Assembly: GCA_013239625.1 (NCBI GenBank)
Contig: MU054323.1
Coordinates: 7,739,220 to 7,803,219, forward strand
DNA: 64,000 bases
Source of the DNA: Lama guanicoe
Lineage: Eukaryota
Reading direction: 5' to 3'
Shown: positions 37,448 to 47,570 of the stretch, in pieces
Layout: the number at the start of each line of letters is the position of its first letter
How positions within the stretch are numbered: the stretch's first letter is position 1
Notes under the pieces: model-generated
The model's database searches: none
Seen by the model: only the letters and a program-made list of their open reading frames with translations
Told to the model about the DNA's origin: nothing
Program-made: the position numbers and the translations under genes

Positions 37448-38983
37448 CTTGTACTTGGCTGCGAGCAGCTCTGTGGCCTGCTGCTCCCGGCGCAGATCTT
37501 CCAGCATCTTCTCCTTCTCCTCCAGGAGTTTCTGCTTCTCCTCGCTCACCAGGCTGCGGTCATCCTGGATGGCCGCCTTCTCCTCTTCCAGCCGCTCCTT
37601 CTGCTCCTGAAGGTAATTCTCCATGTTCTTGTCCAAGGCCGACTCCAGGATGGGCTGGGGCGGGCGGTGGTTGTTGTTGTTGTCATCCTCCTCTTCTGCC
37701 ACCCAGGCCTCAATCACTGGGCCCTCAGGGTACCCGGCCGGGGCTGACACGGCCTTCTTCCTGCGGCTGCTCTTCCTCCGGAGCCGCTTTCCCAGCATCC
37801 CCCTCTTCTCCAGCTGGGCCTTCAGGCGGGCGATCTCCTCCTGGAATTCCCGCAGCAGCGTGTCCTTGGGGTCCTCATTCACCCGGGGCTTGTTCTTGAT
37901 GTTCTTGGCCCGGTTGGCAAAGCGCAGGGTGGAGAGGCTCTCATCGTAGCTGTGAGAGGCTGGCCCGAGAGTGGCCACCATGATGGTCTTGGCATTCCCC
38001 CCCAGAGAGTCCTGGAGCAGCCGGGTCAGCTTGGAGTCCCGGTAGGGGATGTGGGTGCTCCTGCTGCCTGCCAGAGCAGCAATCACGTTGCCCAGGGCAG
38101 ACAGAGAGAGGTTGATTTTGGAGGCTTCCTTAGGCCTCTCTCCACCACTGCCACTGCCTCCGCCACTGCCACCACCCGTGGACTGTGTGACTGTCCCGCC
38201 AGCTGTGTTGGAGCCTGCCTTGTTCTGCCTCTCGCTGCCAGCCAGGTCCACCAGGTTGAGCTTGCCCACGCGGATGTGGTCCTGGCCATCTAAGCCACGC
38301 TCACTGCACTCCACGGTGATGACAAAGATGGCATGGGAGCGGGAGCTGACCTCATTCATGTGTGTGCTACCCACCGCCCGGGTCTGGTTCCCCAGGTTCA
38401 TCACGTGCTCGATCTCCTTGACATTCTTGGTGACGAAGGAGGAGAGGTCCTTGATATAGACGCCTGTCTCCGGGTTCTCCTTCAGCTCTAGCCTTTTGCC
38501 AGGCTCCTTGGAGAGCAGGTCTCGAATCTCCTCCTGGTAGATCTCCAGGTAGGAAGCCCGGACCAAGTACTGCTGGTTCTGGGAGCGTGAGATGTGAGTG
38601 AAAATATGCTCAAAGGCATTGGGGATGACCCCGCGCAGCTCGGGCTCCACCCAGGTTCCCTGCATAGTGTAGGTCTTGCCTGTGCCAGTCTGTCCATAGG
38701 CAAACACGGTGCCATTGAAACCTTGAAGCACTGAGTCTACCAGGGGCCTCACGGTTTCATCATACAAGTCTGCCTGCTTGGAACTGGCATCATACACGGC
38801 ATCAAAGGTGAAGGTCTTGGGCAGCTCCCCTAGGGCAGCGCGGGGGTTCCGCAGGGTCACCTGGCCCAGTTTCACGTCCATGGTCAGGATCTGCTCGTGA
38901 CCAGCAGCCTCCTCCTTCCGGCTGAGGGGGCGGCACCGGGCCACCACCTTCAGGGCCTCGCTGGCTTTGGTTTTACTGGCCAT
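37448..38983 (-). CDS. KIF3C: KIF3C coding exon 1 (512 codons): whole motor domain, neck and start of coiled coil
   Basis: ATG at 38983 in strong Kozak context (gcaagATGG); P-loop GQTGTGKT, switch I SSRSH, switch II DLAGSE; donor AAG|GTAAGG at 37448/37447; 1536 nt, phase 0. Confidence 0.98.
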
Positions 38984-38989
38984 CTTGCT

Positions 38990-39900
38990 GCTCTGTCCTT
39001 CCTGCCCCCAGGCCCCCTCTGCAGCCTGGGAGGTCCTGCTGTCCTCCCTAGGTCCAGATCAGCGGGTTCAGCCCAGCCCCGAGGCGCCGTTCTTCAATCT
39101 GCATGCAGCCTCCTAGGGTGGGGATGCTGGGAGGTGGCCCCGCCGCTGCTGCAGTCCGGGCCTCCACCGCTCTCCGGTCCTCGCTGCACCGGCTGGGGAG
39201 GAAGAATTAGGCAGAATCCCCGGGCAGCTGCGGGAGCACAGCCTGCCGAATGGCAGTTCCCGGAGCCCGCCCCATGCTGGGGCAGAGGGAGAGCTGTCGT
39301 AAACAGCTACGGCAACAATGAGATAAAGGAAGAGGAAAATGGGATGGGGGTGGGTGGCAGAGCTGTCTTCTCCTCCCCGTCCTCCCCCTCCTCTAGGGAT
39401 CCATGGCGGGGGCCGCAGGTCCTGGGAGGCCGGGGGTCCCGGCCCTCCCGAGGGCAGAGGCTCACCTGGCGTCCTCCCCCTCAGCTGGGGGATCATTCAT
39501 TGCAGCCAGCGCGGCTGCTGCTGCCTCTGCCTCCGCCTTCCCAGCCGTCGCCGCCGGAGAATGAGAGAGAAAAACAGAAGGGGATGGGGCGGAGCAGCGG
39601 CGGCGAGAGTGATGTTGCCGCCGCGCTGCGGCCCCAGCTAAGCTGCCCGGCTGGGGTGGGGCAAGGGGCGGGGCCGCGGGGCGGGAGACGCGAGCCCCGC
39701 GCAGCCAGTGCGCTGGGGACCAGGGTGCATCGTCAGTCCGCACCCCTGCAGACCCCTCCGGAATGACAGGCTCTGGTGCCGACCCAGGTCCTGCGCCCAC
39801 CAGGCGAGTGCAGCGCAGCCACCGCCCGCCGTCACCCCACTAGGCTGTGGCATGCTGGGAGTTGTAGTCCTGCCTTTGTTAACCCGGTTCTGGCAGGTTG
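38990..39900. promoter_or_regulatory. CpG island / TATA-less promoter and 5' UTR of KIF3C
   Basis: Very GC- and CpG-rich; GC boxes GGGGCGGGG at 39665-39673 and GGGGCGGG at 39678-39685; lies directly upstream of the start codon. Confidence 0.9.
39850..39868 (-). promoter_or_regulatory. ZNF143/THAP11-type SBS motif (ACTACAACTCCCAGCATGC)
   Basis: Close match to the ACTACAnnTCCCAGnATGC promoter motif, at the upstream edge of the CpG island. Confidence 0.8.
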
Positions 39901-41829
39901 CTAATGACTTCTCCAGTCCAGGAGGCCCCTCCCTCTCTGGCCTGCAACCCCAGGAGTGACTGTTGAGGTTGCAGCCTACCTGCGGGGGGAGCGGGGTATC
40001 CACTACCCACACTTGTTCCCTCCACAGCCAGCATCCTCTGTCTCTCTTCTGCTCATGCCTTTCTGCCTGCAGACCTGTACGTGTCATCCTTACCCTTAAA
40101 AGTATCGCCAGGCATTCTAACTCCTAAATGTTTCTTGAGTCTGTCCTTTTCTCTGTCTACCCTGGTTTATTTCTAGCCCTCATTGTCTTCTCTCCCCTGG
40201 AGCCACCTTCCAGCTGATTCTCTCCTCACATCTTCTCTGCACATGCACCCTGGTCCTTTCCCCTCCTCCAACAGCAGCCTTCCATATTGTATAAAAACGT
40301 CTCCATCTTCTGACTCTTGCCACTTCGCAGCCTCACTTCCAGTTAATTTCCTATAGAGAACCTGTGTTCTAGACATTCATTCCTTCAAACAGCTTTAGCA
40401 CCTGCTAAACTCCAGGCCTCATTCTAGTAGCAGGACCTTCTTGTCCTCAAGGAGTTCACATTCTAGGAACCATTTTTTGTTTCTTTCTGGCTCTGCTGTG
40501 TTCACCTTTGTGCCTTTGTCAAGAAGACCTTCTCACCATTCCGTACTTGGTGCCCTGCCACTTAGGCATATCAAGAACCTCCTCCTCTGTGCAGCCTTCC
40601 CCAACCAATTTCTTTTCTATAGCAGAGACCCAGAATTTGTGTAAAACAAGACTTGGATTCAAGTTGCAGCTCTGGTCTCCATCCAATTGTGTGACTTTGG
40701 GCAGTCATTTACCTTTTCCTAGCCTTAGTTTCCTCGTCTGTTTAAAACAATTGGAGAAGGGGAGAGAAATAACAGTTTCCTGATGAAGTGGTTCTGAGAC
40801 TCAAGTGAAATTATGGATCATAATGTATCGTACCAATGAGAAGACACTTTTTAAAGCAAGTCCTCAATACATGCATGTGGCCTGGCTTGGGTTTGTCTGA
40901 CAGCTTCTGCTTCCTTGAGTATCCTGGAGAGACCAGGTCTGTTTTTCGTGTTCCATTTTGGGCTCTTCATATTTTTTCCTCTAGGATACAACTCAGGTAT
41001 AATTCCTCAAGTCCAGGGACCAAGCTGGTTTCCTATCCATGTTCCACTCTGCAAAGGGGAACTGAATCTATGCAATGGGGCTGAGTTGTCCTTACTCTCT
41101 GAATGAGATCCAGATGGAGGATTTGTTTAGTTCTTCAACTCTACAAAAACTGTCTCTTCACCTCTTCCCTGTCTTCAAATCCCCAGCTCCCAAACGCCAG
41201 CTCATTCGGAAGCTTGAAGCTTAGCTGGTGGCTTCCCCACTTCTGAAATTTCCTGGCCTGCCTTAGCCCTCTCTTTGATCAAGTTCTACTGCTTGCGATT
41301 AACTTGGCTTTTGGACCAATTACTGGGTGAGGTTTTGGCTTTGTAGACTAACCTCTCTTGGCTCTAGCAACCTGACTTCTGAATGGACCATTTGGCTCTT
41401 GAACTGTTTTCTTGTTGCACTTGGCTTTGGGTTTTGGACTACCCTTTCTCTGCCTTGGCTAAACTGCTTGGCACTACAGTACTGGATAGAAAAGAATCCA
41501 GCCCTATGTTCCCCACCCAAGGTCACCACCTGGCAAGGCACTTGCCCACATCCTCCAACACGGGAAGGAGACTGGAATCCCGTTGCTTACAAGATGTGTG
41601 ACCCTAAGTAAATTATTCAACTTCTCTGAACACCTATTTTTTCAGTGGGAAAAGTGAGGAAAAGAATGCTTACCTGACTCACCGGGTTTACATGAGGATT
41701 AAGCAAGACAATGTATGTGAAAACACCCAGGACATAGAAGTCATTCAGGAAATAGTAGTTCTCCTTCCTTTTGTCCTTTGCATTTAAGGACATTGTTCAC
41801 ATTCTGTGTCTCCTTTTTCCACAATCCTT

Positions 41830-43390
41830 AGCTAACTGACCTCTTTCAACTCCAACATTAAATGCTGGAGTTCAATAAAGCTTGGTCCTAAATCTTTTTC
41901 TTCCAATGCCACCCTCTAGTGATCACTAGAGCTTATGACTTCATTTAGTGTCTAAATGATTCCCAAATTTGTATTTCCAATCCAGACTTCTCCTCTGTGC
42001 TCCAGTTCTATATATCCAATTCTCTAATGGACAAAGCCACTTGGATGGCTTCCAAGTACCTGAAATTCTACTTGTTCACACCAAACTCATCATCCTCCTC
42101 TCCAAACTTGCTCCCCCCATCCTCAACATATCTATTCAAACACCAAATCCTATCAGCTCAACTTTCTATTTCTCAGATTTATCAACTTCTCCATTTCCGC
42201 ACTGAATACTACAATCTAAGTCATCATCTTCTCTGGCCTGGCCTCCCACAATAGCCTCCAATATGGTCTCCCTAGGTCTGTTCTTACCTCCGCCCACCCA
42301 TTCTCTGCAAAGTAATCTTTTAAAAATACATGTCTGATTATGTCACCCTTTGCTTAAAACCTTTCAATGTTTCTCACTGCTCTTAAAGTCCAATTCATGA
42401 ATGCAGGCCCCAAGGCCCTATAAGACCTGGTATCTGCCTATATCTCTTGTCTCATCTCATCACACTTTGCATCTTGTTCCCTGTATTCTAGTTCCAGTGA
42501 CCTTCTTCAGCACCTTTCCAACTTCCTACCACAGGGCCCTTACACATTCTGTTTCTGCCACATGGAATATTTATCCTCACCATCTTTGTCTGGATACCTG
42601 CTCTTGGTCCTTCAGCTCTCAGCTTGAATGTCACCTCCTTAGGGTGCCTTTCTTAACTTCCTCACTTAGGTTATGTCCCTTTGTAATACGTTCTTATTGT
42701 TCCCTGTATTTCTTTCATAGAACTTAGCATAATTGTAATTAAACAATTATTCATCTACCTCCTCTGTTTTTCTGTGAAGACAGTACGTGCGTTTCATTTT
42801 TGTATCCACAATGACTACAGATCTTCCTTGACTTGTGATGGGGTTACATCCTGATAAACCCATTGTAAATTGAAAATATCTTAAGTCAAAAATGCATTTA
42901 ATACACCTAACCTACCAAACATCATAGCTTAGCCTAGCCTACCTTAACTGGGCTCAGAACATTTACATTAGCCTACGGTTGGGTGAAATCCTCTAACACA
43001 AAGCCTTTTATAATGAAGTGTTGACTATCTCATGGAATTTACTGAATACTATACTGAAAGTGAAAAACAGAGTGGTTGTATGAGGGCAGAATGGTTGTAA
43101 GTCTATCAGTTGTTTACTTGCATGACCGCATGGCTGGCTGGGAGCTGCGGCCCACTGCCGCCGCCCAGCCACGAGAGAGAGGATCGTACCGCGTCTCACT
43201 AGCCCAGGAAAAGATCAAACTTCAAAATCTGAAGTAGCACTTCTATTGAATACATATCACTTTCTCACCATTGTAAAATAAAAATCATAAGTCGAACCAT
43301 CATAAGTTGGGGACCATCTGTAGTCTAATTTCTGGCACATAGTAGGTGCTCAAAAAATATTAATGAATGAATGAATGAACATGAATTCAT
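41830..43390 (+). mobile_element. L2 fragment interrupted by a Tigger element
   Basis: L2 body resumes after 43322 with tctggcacatagtaggtgctcaa...aatgaatgaatgaa. Confidence 0.8.
42818..43320. mobile_element. TcMar-Tigger non-autonomous element (MER47/Tigger5-like)
   Basis: TA TSDs at 42816-42817 and 43321-43322; imperfect TIRs cagatcttccttgacttgtgatgg / ccatcataagttggggaccatctg. Confidence 0.88.
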
Positions 43391-45059
43391 GCTTTGTATA
43401 ATTATCACCTAACCTGGGAAATCTTTGACTCCCCGGATTCTACCCTCTGACTCATCTTTCCTTTCCTCATGACTCTATAGCTCATTGTTTAACTAGTCTC
43501 AAGGTACGCTTAGTCTGACTAGTACGTTGGTCAGCTGAATCTGTCTCCCTCACCTTATGCGTGCCCCCTGAAAACAGGACTGTGATTTTTGTCTTTGTGT
43601 CTCCTTCCCGTATATCTAGCCCAGTACTCTTTACCCCTTAGGTAATCAATATTGGTTGCTAAACGAATGAATCCACCAACTCCAGGGCAAGAAAATGGGG
43701 ACGCAAGACAAAAAAGTGACAGTAATAAACTCTTATATTTGTAGAGTGATTTACAGTTAATAGACTATGATCACATATATCTCTCACTCAATCCTCACAT
43801 CAGCCCCAGGAAAAGGGAAAATATTTATGTGAGGTCCCATATTGTGAGGACTCCAAGCTTCAGGATAATTAAATGACTAAGGAAGGAAACTCAGTCATCA
43901 CGTGGCACAGTCTTTAGACTCCAAACCTGCAACCCAGGGGGTCTTTCCCATAGGGAGAGTTTACCTTGAAGATGGTAGAACTGTTGCTTCGCAGACCCGG
44001 TTTGAATGACAGTTTCCTAGGAATTCACACCCACTGTTGGCTTGGTGGGAGGAAGAAGCTGCCTTTGCTGCGTTTCCTTTGACAATGAAAGTTCTTTTTT
44101 TCCCAGGGAATCCCCATATCAGCATTTTCTTCCAGTATGGTCTCATTAAGAGTCAGAGTGAGATCATACCAAGAAGCCAGGGTTAGCTCTTCAGTAATCC
44201 TGAGGCCTGCACATTTTCAGATGCAAGTGATTCAGGATTTGGGTTTACCTTGCAAAACCAAATTCTACCAGCAGAGGGAGATATGACCATGTGACAAAAT
44301 CCCTGGATGACATCCAAGTTTCTGGGCTCTCAATCACTGAGATTATCTAATTCAACGGTTCCCAATTGTGACCAGGTCTAGATTATGAATAGCTCCTCTT
44401 TTCCCAATAGTTTATTTTCTCCTGTCTCTGCTATAATTTCTGGTGAATGGGAATGTTGATTTGAGTCAACTCCCCCACTCCCAACCCCCAAAACAAAGAA
44501 AAGAAAAATCCGAAAAAAATTTAAAATCTGAATATTGAAAAAGAGCTGTCTTTAGCAGCTACCCTTTATCGAGCACCTAATATGTGGGTTACAAATGTTT
44601 TCTCTAACAGTCACACTAACCCAAGTAGTAACTGGAAACATTGGGACTTGAGCCTAATTTCTCCAACTCCAAAGCCAGTGTTCTTTCCTCCGCCCTGTAT
44701 TAAGCCCCCAGGCTTAGCTCTCAATCTGCTCCCTACCTGGACTAACTCCACCTTCTTCTTTCAACACCCATTTCAACTCCACCCTCCTTTGTAAAGACTT
44801 TCCTGCCTCCTCCAGGTCTCTTCATTTCCTTACCCCCTGTAGCAATTAGCTTCTGCCTTTTTTATGGTGCTTCACCTATCTGTGAAAATATTGTCTCCCC
44901 AGGTGCATTCCTTAGGCTTTGCTGTGCCTAAGTTTCTCATTAAAGAAGTAATGAAAGAACATGTTTTGAAGAGTTCTGACCATACTATACATAGAATGGT
45001 GTATCCTATTAAAAAAAATTATACTTATTATTGACTCCTTTTCCTCTTCCCCTACAGGC

Positions 45060-45840
45060 CATCCATCAAAAAATCACATCTGGGGTCTACCTACAAAATC
45101 TATCGACCCTGACTCCAAAATACCACGTGCCACCCACACTGCCACCCTAGTCCATGTCACCTCCATCTCTTGCCTGGACGCTGCGGTAGCATTTTAACAG
45201 GAATCCCTGCTTCCACAGTCCCCTCCACTCCCTCCTCCACGGAGTAGCCAGAGTCTTCCTTCTAGACTACAAATCAAATCATACCACTTCCTGCTCTCAA
45301 CCTTGCAGTGGCCTCTCATCACTCTCAGAATGAAATCCAAAGTCCCTTGCCAAGCTGCCTAGGGCTTCTGTGATGGGTCCCTGCTTACTTCTCCCATTTC
45401 ACGTCTTCATCCTCTCCCCTTCCCTCAGTCTGAGCCAGTAACACTGGCCTCCTTGTTCTGTCCTGCAGGGCGCATTCCAGCCTTAGGGCATGTGCACTTG
45501 CTCTTTCCTGGCTACAGGCTTTTCCTCCCCTGACTGCGCGTGGTTTCTCTCTGACTGTATTCAGCTGCTATTTCCAGTGTCATTTCAGAGCAGCCTTTTT
45601 GACCATTTTCAAATCTCTCTTGACCATTCTCTATATCCTTAGTCTGCTTTGCTTTTCTTCATAGTGCTTATCAAAATATGACATCCTAGGTGTTTCAATA
45701 TCTGTTTGCACATTATCTTCCCGTTAGAATGCGAGCACCAGGACAGAATTTTATTCTGTACCCCAGTGCCTAGAAATACGCCTGGTTCACAACAAGCTCC
45801 TGGGAAATATTTGTTTGATGGATAAAGGAGTGAATGAAGT
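45060..45840 (+). mobile_element. L2 fragment
   Basis: Typical pyrimidine-rich L2 3' region ending ccccagtgcctagaa...aatatttgtttgatg. Confidence 0.72.
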
Positions 45841-45921
45841 TATTTACAGCCTTCATGACCAGCATTTTGAATCGCTGCTTCACTGAATACAATAATAATT
45901 GAAGTTATTTTTTCTTGTGAA

Positions 45922-46012
45922 ATATTAGGTTGAACCACACGAAATCGCCATTAGGTTTAAGCATTAGGTTAAAATGGTTGAATATTTTCAATTTCACATA
46001 GTTCAGTCAAAT
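45922..46012. mobile_element. Short mariner-type MITE
   Basis: Imperfect TIR tattaggttgaaccacacgaaat / atttcacatagttcagtcaaata. Confidence 0.5.
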
Positions 46013-46603
46013 AAAACACACTCAGAAAGCTGCATTACATAAATATTCCGCTTAAAGAATGATTATAAAACAACCTCAGGGTACCCACCACCCAGGCCAA
46101 AAAAAGAACATTGCCAGCATCCCAGGAGTCCCAGCAGGACCCTCTGCAATCACAGTGCCTTCCTTTCTCTCTACGGTAACCTCTCTCTTGGGTTTTATAG
46201 TAATCACTTGCTTGCTTCTTTGTTTGTTTGTTTTTGTTTGATTTCCTCATTTTCATCAATGATAATTTAATGATATTCTCCCAGAAGCAATGAGTTTAGG
46301 GAGATATACATGAAATTCAATTCTGATACTGTAGTAAAATTATCAACTTTCATCCTCAAACAAACCCATGAGGCAGACAGAAGAGATTGTTGTCTTTCTT
46401 TAATGTTAAAAAACCTTGGCTTATCCAGGATCACAAAACTAGGAAGTCAAGAACCAAACCACTGGTTCAGAATTGAAGTCCTAAAACCTTTTCTCCACCT
46501 ACACCTTCACCTTCACCATTAATGTCGTCAGTGGCTTGTTGTAGCCCATTTGAGCTGAAAAACAAAATACCACTGATGGGTGTCTTTTTCTTCATCTTAT
46601 ATC

Positions 46604-47570
46604 TTTTTTTAAAATTGAAGTATAGTCTGTTTACAAATGTTGTATTAATTTCTGGTGTAGCAGTATAGTGGTTCAGTTATATATATATATATATTCCTTT
46701 TCATTATAGGCTATGACAAGGTATCGAATATATCACCTGCTTGTTTCTTTTGGTTCTTTTCCCATCTAAAGATTATGATTTTGTTTTGCCCATTTTTGAG
46801 CTTTGCATAAACTCATGAAGTGTGTATTCTTTTGTGTCTGGCTTTTTTCCGGTTTCTTTCATTTGAGAGATTCATCCACGTGGTTGTGTCTGGCTAGCAT
46901 TCATCCATTACTACTCTATAATATTTTGTTGTGTAAATATACCATCTATCATTTTTCTCTTGATGGACATTTATTTGGGTTGTTTCCAGCTTGGGGTTAT
47001 TACAAGTTATGCCGCCATGAGCACTCTTGTTCCCGTCTCCTGTGCACACTGGACACATTTCTTTTGCACACGTACCCAGGGGTGTGATTGCTAGGTTGTA
47101 GGGAATGCATGTCTTTAACTTCAGTTAATAATGTCAAACTGCTTTCCGAGGTGGGAATAACAATCTGCAGTGCCAGCAGTGTGTGAGAGCTCCAGGCGCT
47201 TCCCATCAGAGACTACACTTAATATTGACATTCTTAGTTTTAGATACTTGGTATCTCATTGTGGCTTTAATTTGGACTTCTCTGACAATAAATAAAGGTG
47301 AGCAGCTTTTCACATGCTTATGACATGGCATTTCTGTGTCTTCTTTTGGGAATTGCCCTGTCATGTCTCTTGATTATTTTTTTACTGAGTCACCTTTCTT
47401 TTTCTTCCTGCTTTAAAGAGTTCTTTTATATTTTGGCTCTGAGCCTTTTGTTGCTTATAAAAATGTGTTGCAAGCATTTCCTTGGTGGTGTGACATTTCA
47501 TTCTTCTCGTGGCACCTTTTTATAACCAAGATTCCTTAATTTTCATGTAGACACATTTATCAATCTTTAT
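46604..47570 (-). mobile_element. Young short L1 tail (about 46604-46732) beside an old L1ME-like fragment
   Basis: aattgaagtatagtctgtttaca... then ttttgtgtctggctttt...gagattcatccacg. Confidence 0.7.

Larger units (their letters stand above)
5735..39620 (-). other. KIF3C: KIF3C gene span (approximate TSS to approximate poly(A) site), kinesin-2 family motor
   Basis: Eight exons splice in frame to a 790-aa protein starting [19 protein letters not shown] and ending [10 protein letters not shown]. It has the kinesin motifs [13 protein letters not shown] and DLAGSE plus the KIF3C-type Gly-rich L11 insert and DDNNNN insert. Both ends of the span are inferred. Confidence 0.95.

Noticed and set aside
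37214..38459. Several 100-177 aa + strand ORFs opposite exon 1 (also 19357..19683 opposite exon 4)
   Set aside because: Antisense shadows of GC3-rich coding sequence.
38897..39766. 289-aa + strand ORF antisense to the KIF3C 5' end
   Set aside because: Non-ATG start, Pro/Gly/Arg low-complexity composition and no recognisable domain; expected from stop-codon scarcity in a CpG island.
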